A program made the position numbers and the translations under genes. The notes under the pieces were generated by a model. It saw only the letters and a program-made list of their open reading frames with translations, did not search any database and had not been told where the DNA came from. Shown here piece after piece: positions 53,229 through 62,700 of a stretch of DNA of 64,000 nucleotides. The number at the start of each line of letters is the position of its first letter. Position 1 is the stretch's first letter. The stretch lies in the NCBI GenBank assembly GCA_964404765.1, contig CAYOLL010000002.1:6604-70603 (forward strand). The letters run 5' to 3'. This stretch comes from an uncultured Gemmatimonadota bacterium (GTDB lineage Bacteria > 4572-55).

Positions 53229-55910
53229 CTATACCAACGGCGGATACGGCTTCTCCCCATCCACGCCCAACTCCGCCATTGCCGCGGCGGCGGCGGAACG
53301 CTCCATTTTCCCTTGCGCGGCCAATGTCGACAGGGTAGCGGCCACAATATGCTTGGCGTCCACCTCAAAAAAGTCGCGCAGAGCCTCGCGGGTTTCGCTG
53401 CGGCCAAAGCCGTCGGTGCCCAGCGAAGTCAGCGGGGCGGGCAGCCACTTGGCGATCATATCCGGCAAGGCTTTGACATAGTCGGATGCGGCGACGTACA
53501 CGCCGTCAACACCGGACAGCGTCTTTTGCAGCCAGGATTGGCGCGCCGGCTGATCGGGATGGAGCAAATTCCAGCGCTCGGTTTCGTCGGCATTGCGATA
53601 GAGTTCCTTGTAGCTGGTCACGCTCCAGACGGTCGCCGCTACGCCGTATTTTTCTTCCAGAATTTGCTGGGCCTTCAACACTTCGTTCATAATGGCGCCG
53701 CTGCCGAACAAGTTGGCTTTTGGTCCGTTTGGACGAACGGACTCTCTGTATTTATACAGGCCGCGCAGTACGCCTTCTTCGCAGCCTTTGAGCGCAGTTG
53801 GCTGCACATAATCTTCATTCATCACCGTAATATAATAGAAGATGTTTTCCTGCTTCTCAAACATGCGATAAATGCCATCGCGGATAATCAGCGTCAGTTC
53901 AAAGCCGAAGGCGGGATCGTAGCATAGCATGTTCGGCACGGGATGGCCGAGCAAGTGGCTGTGGCCGTCTTCGTGCTGCAGGCCTTCGCCGTTCAACGTC
54001 GTGCGGCCGGACGTGCCGCCCAGCAAAAAGCCACGGGCGCAGCAATCGCCGGCGGCCCAAACCAAATCGCCAATGCGCTGTAAACCAAACATGGAGTAGA
54101 AGATATAGAACGGCATCATGCTGATCCCGTATGTCGAATAGGCCGTGCCTGCGGCAATAAATGATGACAGCGAGCCGGCTTCGGTAATGCCTTCTTCCAA
54201 AATCTGGCCGTCGGTGGCTTCTTTGTAATAGAGCAAGGTATCGGCGTCCACCGGCTCGTAGGTCTGGCCGACGTGCGAGTAAATGCCGCATTGCCGGAAC
54301 AGCGATTCCATACCAAAGGTGCGGGCTTCGTCGGGCACAATCGGCACGATAAACTTGCCGAGTTCTTTGTCCTTCAACAACTTGGCCAAAATCCGCACAA
54401 AAACCATAGTGGTGGAGACTTCGCGGTTGCCGCTGCCGTCCAAAAACTCCTGGAAGACTTCGATTGGCGGTGTTTTGTGCGGTTCGGCAATCGCAATACG
54501 ACTTGGCACATAACCGCCCAGTTGCTTGCGGCGTTCGCGGATATATTGAATTTCCGGACTGTTATCTGCCGGCTTATAAAAAGGTGCGGCGGCAATCTGT
54601 TCATCAGAGATTGGAATGCTGAAGCGGGTGCGGAACTCGCGCATTTCATCTTCGTTCAGCTTCTTTTGTTGATGGGTGATGTTTTTGCCTTCGCCGGCTT
54701 CGCCCATGCCGTAGCCTTTGATGGTGCGGGCCAGGATAACAGTGGGGCTGCCGACGTTGTCGATGGCCGCTTTGTAAGCAGCGTACACTTTTTCGGGATC
54801 GTGTCCGCCGTAACGCAGCTTGCGCAGTTGTGAATCGGACAGATGCTCGACCAGTTTGAGCAAGCGCGGGTCGGCGCCAAAAAAGTGCTTGCGAATAAAA
54901 TCGCCGTCCGACACAATGTATTTTTGAAACCAGCCGTCAACCAATTCTTCCATACGCTTGACCAGTAAACCGCCATCTTCTTTTTCCAGAATTTCGTCCC
55001 AATCATCGCCCCACAAGACTTTAATGACATTCCAGCCGGAGCCGCGGAAGGTAGCTTCCAACTCCTGAATAATCTTGCCGTTACCGCGCACAGGGCCGTC
55101 CAGACGCTGCAAGTTGCAGTTGATGACAAAGACGAGGTTGTCCAATTTCTCACGCGAGGCTAAGCCAATGGAACCCAATGCCTCAGGCTCATCCGTTTCG
55201 CCGTCACCCAGGTAAGCAAAAACTTTTTCGCCATTTTTTTGCTTCAGACCGCGATCTTCCAGGTAGCGCATAAAACGGGCCTGATATATTGCCTGCAACG
55301 GCCCAAGACCCATTGACACGGTTGGAAATTGCCAAAAATTCGGCATCAGCCAGGGATGCGGATAGGATGACAAACCACCACCTTCCGCCAGTTCGCGCCG
55401 GAAATTGAGCAGTTGATGCTCGGTTATCCGGCCTTCCAAAAAGGCGCGGGCATATATGCCGGGTGAGGCATGGCCCTGAAAGTAGACCAGATCACCATGA
55501 TAGTTTTCGCTGCGACCGCGGAAAATATGGTTAAAAGCGACTTCGTAGAGCGTGGCCGCCGAGGCGTAGGTGGAGATATGGCCGCCGATACCAGGCGTGC
55601 GTTTGTTACCGCCCACGACCATGGCCATGGCGTTCCAGCGCAGGATGCTTTTAATCCGGCGTTCGGTTTCGCGATTGCCGGGGAATGACGGTTGCTTATT
55701 CCGCGGAATTGTATTAATAAACGGCGTGTTGGCTGTAAAGGGAATTTCTACGCCGGCTTGTCGGGCATGGATATTCAGATCACGCAGCAAAGTGTTGACG
55801 CGCTCTGGCCCTTTATAGGACAACACATAGTCCAGCGAGTCCAGCCACTCGCGGGTTTCCAATTCTTCTTCGTTGGTAATGTCCTGATAATCGCGTGGGG
55901 TGTCGTTCAT
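53229..55910 (-). CDS. aceE: Pyruvate dehydrogenase E1 component, homodimeric type
   Basis: About 890 aa. 'GGHISTYASAATLYEVAFNHIFRG' and 'DGETDEPE' regions are canonical AceE. The start was taken at MNDTPRDYQD (55910), and the ORF-track start 55979 adds 23 aa. Confidence 0.9.
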   Translation of the reverse strand: MNDTPRDYQDITNEEELETREWLDSLDYVLSYKGPERVNTLLRDLNIHARQAGVEIPFTANTPFINTIPRNKQPSFPGNRETERRIKSILRWNAMAMVVGGNKRTPGIGGHISTYASAATLYEVAFNHIFRGRSENYHGDLVYFQGHASPGIYARAFLEGRITEHQLLNFRRELAEGGGLSSYPHPWLMPNFWQFPTVSMGLGPLQAIYQARFMRYLEDRGLKQKNGEKVFAYLGDGETDEPEALGSIGLASREKLDNLVFVINCNLQRLDGPVRGNGKIIQELEATFRGSGWNVIKVLWGDDWDEILEKEDGGLLVKRMEELVDGWFQKYIVSDGDFIRKHFFGADPRLLKLVEHLSDSQLRKLRYGGHDPEKVYAAYKAAIDNVGSPTVILARTIKGYGMGEAGEGKNITHQQKKLNEDEMREFRTRFSIPISDEQIAAAPFYKPADNSPEIQYIRERRKQLGGYVPSRIAIAEPHKTPPIEVFQEFLDGSGNREVSTTMVFVRILAKLLKDKELGKFIVPIVPDEARTFGMESLFRQCGIYSHVGQTYEPVDADTLLYYKEATDGQILEEGITEAGSLSSFIAAGTAYSTYGISMMPFYIFYSMFGLQRIGDLVWAAGDCCARGFLLGGTSGRTTLNGEGLQHEDGHSHLLGHPVPNMLCYDPAFGFELTLIIRDGIYRMFEKQENIFYYITVMNEDYVQPTALKGCEEGVLRGLYKYRESVRPNGPKANLFGSGAIMNEVLKAQQILEEKYGVAATVWSVTSYKELYRNADETERWNLLHPDQPARQSWLQKTLSGVDGVYVAASDYVKALPDMIAKWLPAPLTSLGTDGFGRSETREALRDFFEVDAKHIVAATLSTLAAQGKMERSAAAAAMAELGVDGEKPYPPLV

Positions 55911-56037
55911 AGCCTTCATCCTTTTCGGTAATGAGTGAGGAAATAACATTGCGCGTGAAGCAAGCGTAATTCTCAGCACATCTTAAGTAAGAATAATACG
56001 CGGCACGCTCGTTCACGTCCGATTATGTATGTTGAAA

Positions 56038-59000
56038 TTATTGCAGTAGCTTTTCCAGAGCCGCATTAACTTCCGCGGCTTGCTTCCGGGTCAGACGCTC
56101 CAGTTTTAAAATTTGGCTTATCTCGTGCCGGATACGTTGTTGATGCTCGGTGTAGGCGGCGCAAACCTGCCGGGTATGTGCTTCCGTTTGCGGGACGGGC
56201 ACCGGCCCGATTACGTGGCGCAACAGTACGATTTTCAAATACTCCGCTTCGCCGGCGGATTCACATTCCAGCCGATGGCCGTTGATGACCAAAACGGCTT
56301 TGTCAAAAAAGTATTCTATGCGCGGCGTTTCAATTTCGCGAATGTCCGGCAGGATGCGGGTTTTGACCGGCCAATCGGCATGAATAAAATCATCCGGAAA
56401 ACGGCGGCGCGGCTCGATTTTTTCCAGCTCGCTTAAAACATGGGCCGCAAAGGTGTCGGCGTTGAAATTTTCGACCCGTTTGCTTTTCTTGGACGTGACC
56501 GATTGCGGCTTGACATGCACCCGCTCGTAAACCAGGCGGCAAACTTCCCAATAGATTTCTTTGCATTCTTGCTCAGTCAAACCCAAGGCGTCGAAAATGA
56601 CATCGTCCAATTGTTTACGATCCGGCAACGGCTGTGGATCGGGCAAGGGTTTGGTTTTGTCGGCAAAGGCGGCTTTGGGCAGGCCGCATTCATGAAAGAT
56701 AGACTCTATTGGGCGCTTTGACAACTTTCTGATGGCTGATTTGAGCGTCTTTATTTGGTCGTTGCTAAATGCTTTGGGATTGGGGATCATAAGTTTGGCA
56801 ACTTCGTATGCCTCTGCTTTGAGTAAACCGCCACCAAAATTCACGCGACCTAATGAATTGAAGATGAGTTGAAAAACCGAACTGTTCGTCAACGCCAATA
56901 GCACACTAGAATCCGACTTGGCGTGTATTTCGTAAAAATTATTACTAAAGTATAATCCACCAGGCGTATAGTAAAAACGTACTATTTCATTGATTGCAAA
57001 ATTGCAGTTTATTTTTGCCGCTTTTCTTTTGCCAAGATCATACCACTTTTTTCTTGCGCTGCATGTTGGGCGCAAATGAAGATTTCTTGCTTCGCCCTCT
57101 TCAATGTATCGCAGAATATTTAACCCGAGTAATTCTTCTTTCGTTTTATGGCACATCAACAATTTATATTTCAACTCGGCTGGATAGATTAAAAGCAGAC
57201 TGCTTTCACGGGCATTTTTCACTGCCGGAACAAGAAACTCGTCTTCAATACCCCATGCCTTGGCGACGTCATCAGCAAGAAAGAAAAAATCATTATCACC
57301 GGTCTTGATCCCAAATCGCACATTTGCAACTGACCCAAGCGGTACCAACAAGTCCTTTTTTCCGGCTATTTCCAAAACTTTAAAGTAAATATCCGGCGCT
57401 CGCAGATATTTACTCCCCCATTTGCTGCCAGCGTAAGTCTGACCATGCATTCCTTCCTCGTACAATTTCTTTTGCTGAACCAGCACAACGCGAATCTGGT
57501 CATCCTCATAGAAAGAATGGCGCTGTTCGATCCGTTGTATCAACCGATCCACATCCTGCCAGCGCAGATCGTCTTCTTTATGGGGCGGGCAGTTTGGAAT
57601 CAAATCCTCAAAACGTGTCTTTAGGCTCACAAACCTGACGGTATTTTCATCACGCTCTTTTTGGTCGCGGCAGCGTTCGATAATTGTAATCACGCTATTG
57701 ACATCGGCGGCGGCAAAATCCCGTTCCGCAGGCGAAGCGATAATGGCAATGATTTTAAAATGTTGACACAGATAATGTTGCAACGACGCGCCATAACGCA
57801 CATCCAGCCAGCTATTGGATGTAATGTAGCCCAGTCGTCCGCCTTCTTTTAAAAAAGCGGCGCTGTGCAGAAAGAAGTAAACATAGATATCGGCCTGCTT
57901 GTTGATGGCCGTATTGACGCCCCATTCCATATTCAGGGTCGCGGCTAATTTTTCCTTATCGTCAATCAATTCCTGCCGGATGTAGGGCGGGTTGCCGACC
58001 GTGGCGTCAAATTCGGGAATAGCGACTTCGACGGTATCCTTGCCGGAAATATCTTCGAAGCGATACTTGATGCCGGTATGCTTGCGAACCTGAAAGAATC
58101 CGTTTTTGGGCATGATGTCAAAAGCGTCGCAATTTTGGATATAGGGAAAATTCTCTTTTTCGGATAGGTCAAGCATAGCCAAGTTCATCATGGCCAGATG
58201 GGACGGGAATTTGGCAATATCACAGCCCCAAAGTTGTTCTAACAATTGCTTATGCGAGCAGCTTTGACCAGCCAGATATTTTAAACGCGAATAACTGCGG
58301 ACTAAAAACGTTCCCGCCCCGCAGCTCCAATCCGAAATAATGGCCTCCGCTTTGGTGACGCAAAAACCGACAATCAAATCCACCCGATTAGCCGGCGTGA
58401 AGTATTGGCCCATTTCATGCCGGTCAGTTTCAGGAATCAGGCTCTCATAGACTCGGCCCAGAATCTCATAATTCAGGCCGGCAAAGTTGTAATTGTTCAG
58501 GTCTTTGATAAAGCGGGTCAGTTGCTCCACCGCATCGTCGGGGATACGCGCTTCGTCAAACACGGTCGCGGCGAAGATCGGCTGGTAGTCAATTTGCTTG
58601 ACCTTGTCAAAGTGCTGATTCAAATCGTGCTGAAGCTGCCGCCCGGTTTTGACGTTGACCGCAATGGGACCCAGTACATCCGGATAGTGGTTGCGGACGA
58701 CGTTATAAAAGACGACCTTGTTGATGATCTGAAACACGGCCAGTCGGGCGATTTTGAAGTAAAATTCGTAGGACACATGCTCCGAACCTATCCGGTTTTC
58801 GATGGCGCTGTTCCAGCCTTGGGCGCTCACCCATCTCACCAGCTTTGCGTAGAAACCTTTGTCGGTTTCGCTCGTAATTTTGAGCGCCGAGGCAAATACC
58901 GGCGTATTGATGTCCACCAAAAAAAGCAGCTTGTAGACAAAAAAATCATCAATGGGTACGCCAATAAAACGCGCCGGCTCGCTCAGGATATGATGAAATG

Positions 59001-59466
59001 TCGTAAGGAATTTTTCTAAAAAACTACGGATTTTGGCCCAATTTTCCTCGTTATCCAGCCGATCCAGGTCGTTGTCCGGTAACAGGACGATATTGCGCCA
59101 GATCATCTTTTGGCGCTGCATCAGCGGCACATTGGATTCGTGGGTTTTCCATAGAATAAAGTCGCGCACGTTCCAGGTGGCAAAGTAATCCACGGCCAGC
59201 GCATTGGCTTTCATCAGCGCGTTGTTGACGGTTTCCAGATCCGTGGCGTCATATTTGGGCTGCTTGGTCTCGAAGGAAAGCGCAAACTTTTGCCGTTGTT
59301 TATCCGCCCACAGCAAGCCGTCCAGAAACACGCTTTGCCCGCCGACTTTAAGCGAATGTTCGGCCTCGGCCTCTTCAAAAGATTGAAATAGTTCCGGCGC
59401 TCCGCGGATGATGGAATTCATCATCTCTATAATTTTATAGCGGAAAGTATGTTCGGTGAGTTTCAT
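56038..59466 (-). CDS. Fused PD-(D/E)xK nuclease / N6-adenine DNA methyltransferase / target-recognition-domain protein (Type IIG/IIL-like restriction-modification enzyme, MmeI-like architecture); an orphan BREX PglX-like methyltransferase is the alternative
   Basis: N-terminal 'FLDGLLWAD...ALSFETKQ' is a D...ExK motif. Helical spacer 'YEILGRVYESLI'. Methyltransferase motif X/I 'MGQYFTP...DWSCGAGTFL'. Motif IV 'VGNPPYIRQ'. TRD-type motif 'RFGIKTGDNDFFFL'. 1142 aa. No separate methyltransferase, S or R genes are adjacent. Confidence 0.65.
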   Translation of the reverse strand: MKLTEHTFRYKIIEMMNSIIRGAPELFQSFEEAEAEHSLKVGGQSVFLDGLLWADKQRQKFALSFETKQPKYDATDLETVNNALMKANALAVDYFATWNVRDFILWKTHESNVPLMQRQKMIWRNIVLLPDNDLDRLDNEENWAKIRSFLEKFLTTFHHILSEPARFIGVPIDDFFVYKLLFLVDINTPVFASALKITSETDKGFYAKLVRWVSAQGWNSAIENRIGSEHVSYEFYFKIARLAVFQIINKVVFYNVVRNHYPDVLGPIAVNVKTGRQLQHDLNQHFDKVKQIDYQPIFAATVFDEARIPDDAVEQLTRFIKDLNNYNFAGLNYEILGRVYESLIPETDRHEMGQYFTPANRVDLIVGFCVTKAEAIISDWSCGAGTFLVRSYSRLKYLAGQSCSHKQLLEQLWGCDIAKFPSHLAMMNLAMLDLSEKENFPYIQNCDAFDIMPKNGFFQVRKHTGIKYRFEDISGKDTVEVAIPEFDATVGNPPYIRQELIDDKEKLAATLNMEWGVNTAINKQADIYVYFFLHSAAFLKEGGRLGYITSNSWLDVRYGASLQHYLCQHFKIIAIIASPAERDFAAADVNSVITIIERCRDQKERDENTVRFVSLKTRFEDLIPNCPPHKEDDLRWQDVDRLIQRIEQRHSFYEDDQIRVVLVQQKKLYEEGMHGQTYAGSKWGSKYLRAPDIYFKVLEIAGKKDLLVPLGSVANVRFGIKTGDNDFFFLADDVAKAWGIEDEFLVPAVKNARESSLLLIYPAELKYKLLMCHKTKEELLGLNILRYIEEGEARNLHLRPTCSARKKWYDLGKRKAAKINCNFAINEIVRFYYTPGGLYFSNNFYEIHAKSDSSVLLALTNSSVFQLIFNSLGRVNFGGGLLKAEAYEVAKLMIPNPKAFSNDQIKTLKSAIRKLSKRPIESIFHECGLPKAAFADKTKPLPDPQPLPDRKQLDDVIFDALGLTEQECKEIYWEVCRLVYERVHVKPQSVTSKKSKRVENFNADTFAAHVLSELEKIEPRRRFPDDFIHADWPVKTRILPDIREIETPRIEYFFDKAVLVINGHRLECESAGEAEYLKIVLLRHVIGPVPVPQTEAHTRQVCAAYTEHQQRIRHEISQILKLERLTRKQAAEVNAALEKLLQ

Positions 59467-59736
59467 TTACTTAACCGGTTGCGCGAAAAGCTTTAAAATT
59501 GGAAAACGGATTAACGTGGATTCGACGGATGCACACGAATTTTTAATTTTTGCTTTTTTAATCCGTAATCCGCGAAAATCTGCTAAATTCGTGAAAATCC
59601 GTGTTCCAATCTTTATATCGTGACAGTAGTGCTGTTCGGCATAAGTTTGTGTGAACTCAAACCTGACGGGTTTTGGAAACCCGTCAGGTTTTGATCGTCG
59701 AAAAAGTTCACACGAACTTACGCCGCCTTGCAGTAG

Positions 59737-62700
59737 TTATTGAAGATCAATCAACGCAACAACATCCTGAATATCCACCATACCGTCGTCGTTAATATCG
59801 AACACCGCTTCATATTCCCAATCTTCCAGAATGGCGTCGGTCAGGATGCCGATATCGTCCGCGTCAATTTCGCCGTTGCCGTTGATGTCGCCCGTCATGA
59901 GCCCGTCCAGTGTTTGAAAAGACGCTTCGGCCAGACACACTTGCGTCTCTTTAAGATCGGTGACGCACAGTTGGTAAAAGTAGGTTTGATCAGGCATCAA
60001 GTTATGCAAGTTACCAATATGCGAAGTCGCCGGCGTTGTTAGCTCAGCCGCCATTGGATAAATGCCGCTCTGCATGCCATAATGAATTATAGCTGTGGTC
60101 AGCTTGTCCGTTGAAAAAGAGATTCTCGCGGTGGTTGCGGTGATATTGGAAACCGCTACATTGCTGACTACCGGGGCGGGTTCGTCGTTATCTTCAATGG
60201 TCAATTCAAATTGGGCAGGCGTACCAAGCTTGGCGCTGTTACCACCGGATAGATTTTGGAGTGAAAAAGTAATCGCCTCCACATTTTCGATGGTGCTATC
60301 ATCGGTGATATTCAAAGATACCGTTTGTAGTATCGCGCCACCCGCGGCAAAAGTTAGCCTTTTCGTGCTGAAGTTCCCCACATCCTCAGCCGATCCGGCA
60401 GTTAAGGCCACATCAATTTGGGTTGGGCCGCTAATGGATGGCGCGGTTATCAGTACTTCCAGGGTGTAACTGCCATCGCCCTCTTTAACCGTGGCATTGG
60501 CCGCGGCAAATTGCACGGTTGTGCGATCCAAAATCGTGAGTTGAAATTGCGCTTGCGTACCGATTTTGGCATTACTGCCGCCGGTGACATTCTGCAAGGT
60601 GAAAGTCAGGGATTCGCTGACTTCGGCCAGGGCATCTTCGGTGATCGTCAACGTCACGGTTTGCGTAGCGGCGCTGCCGGCGGGAAAGGTTAGGGTTTGT
60701 GTCGCAAAGTTGTTCACATCCGCCGCCGTTCCGGATGTCAGGGCAAGCTGCACGGTGGTGGCGCTGCCGGAAGCCGGGGCCGTCACGCTCACGCTCAATT
60801 GATAGCTGCCGCCTTCGATGACCGTGGCATTGGCCGCGGCAAACTGCACCGTCGTGCGATCCAAAATCGTCAGTTGAAATTGCGCTTGCGTACCGATTTT
60901 GGCATTGCTGCCGCCGGTGACATTTTGCAAGGTGAAGGTCAAGATTTCGCTGACTTCGGCCAGGGCATCTTCGGTGACCGTCAGCGTCACGGTTTGCGTG
61001 GCGGCGCTGCCGGCGGGAAAGGTCAGCGTTTGTGTCGCAAAGTTGTTCACATCCGCCGCAGTTCCGGATGTCAGGGCAAGCTGCACGGTGGTGGCGCTGC
61101 CGGAAGCCGGGGCGGTCACGCTCACCACTAATTGATAGCTGCCGCCTTCGATGACCGTGGCATTGGCCGCGGCAAACTGCACCGTCGTGCGATCCAAAAT
61201 CGTCAGTTGAAATTGCGCTTGCGTACCGATTTTGGCATTGCTGCCGCCGGTGACATTTTGCAAGGTGAAGGTCAAGATTTCGCTGACTTCGGCCAGGGCA
61301 TCTTCGGTGACCGTCAGCGTCACGGTTTGCGTGGCGGCGCTGCCGGCGGGAAAGGTCAGCGTTTGTGTCGCAAAGTTGTTCACATCCGCCGCAGTTCCGG
61401 ATGTCAGGGCAAGCTGCACGGTGGTGGCGCTGCCGGAAGCCGGGGCGGTCACGCTCACCGCTAATTGATAGCTGCCGCCTTCGATGACGGTGGCATTGGC
61501 CGCGGCAAACTGCACGGTCGTGCGATCCAAAATCGTGAGTTGAAATTGAGTGCGGACGCCCAACACCGGCGTATTGCCACCGGAAACATTCTGCAAGGTA
61601 AAAGTCAACGTTTCGTTGCTCTCGCTGACATTATCATCCGTCACGGTGATTAAGACCTTTTGGGCAGTAGCGCTGCCGGCCGGAAAAGTCACCGTCTGGG
61701 TCGCGTAATTATTGATATCTGCCGCAGTTCCGCCGGTTAAAGCAACTTGTACGGTTGTGGCTTGCGCGCCCGGATTAATCAGGCTTATTTCAAGTTCGTA
61801 GGTATTGCCTTCGATTACCGTCGCCGTCGCGGTGGCGAACTGCACTTCCGTGCTCGGCGGGGCATTGCTCCAGATTCGGTTGACCCATTCCGGGTGGTCG
61901 ATAAAGGGGTTGCGGTTGTGCTGAAGTTCGGCCACCCGCTCGTTGCGACGCATTTCCAGGGCATCGACCGGGTCGGCCTGATGCCAGGCCAGCAGAGTGG
62001 ATACGACCCCCAATTTGTTGGTGATATTATTCGGATCATGGTTTGTATCAATCAATTCCAGATTGTACGGGTCCTTGCCGCCGCTGCCTTCGTAACGCGC
62101 GTCCATATAAAAAATCATGCGTGCTACGTTGCCTTTATCCTGTGGACGTGGTTCAAACGAGTTGGCGTCGGCAAAGCAGCCGGTGGCAAAGCCGTCGCTA
62201 TCGCTATAGGGCGTACCGCCGTTATCAAAATCCATGCTGCCGCGCTTACTGTTGACCGTTACATCCGCCGGCCGTAAATGATGCAAATCAATATAGCCAG
62301 GCTCTTTATCATCAATGCCGATGCCATTGGGCCACACGTGTTCGCGGTTCCAGTTATCTGCACCCGTACCTTGTAGTGATTTGGCGCGGGATCGTCCGTC
62401 ATAAATCAAAATAACATTGTTGGGATTAGCGGGATCTTCGTCCGCATATTTGAGGCCGTCCCAGACTCCGTCATAGTTTGTGACGGCGTCTTCAAAATAG
62501 GTATCACGCAGCAAAGCATTCAAAATGCTTTTTAACTCCGGGCCGGTTTGATTGTTGATACCGGCATAGTAATCGCCGCTGCCGAAGGTGCGGGCATTGG
62601 CGGTGATGCCTGCGGAATAGGTGTCGCTATTTTTTGACCAAATCTTATAATAGTATAGGGTGGCTTCATTCCGACCGGTATGATTAAAATCGGCCAGACT

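Noticed and set aside
53313-55153. Multiple ORFs antisense or out of frame within aceE (53313-53927+, 53899-54291-, 54273-54833+, 54656-55153-)
   Set aside because: aceE is unambiguous across the full length. These are shadow ORFs.
60480-61800. Regularly spaced direct repeats that could be mistaken for a CRISPR array
   Set aside because: The period is 333 bp, a multiple of 3. The units are protein-coding (Calx-beta modules of the giant nuclease) and have no short conserved repeat/spacer structure.
60095-62277. Plus-strand ORFs with repeated sequences (for example 60566-60802, 60899-61135, 61232-61468; 60697-61131, 61132-61464)
   Set aside because: They are antisense shadows of the tandem Calx-beta coding repeats on the minus strand. 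Their repetition only mirrors the 333-bp DNA repeat.
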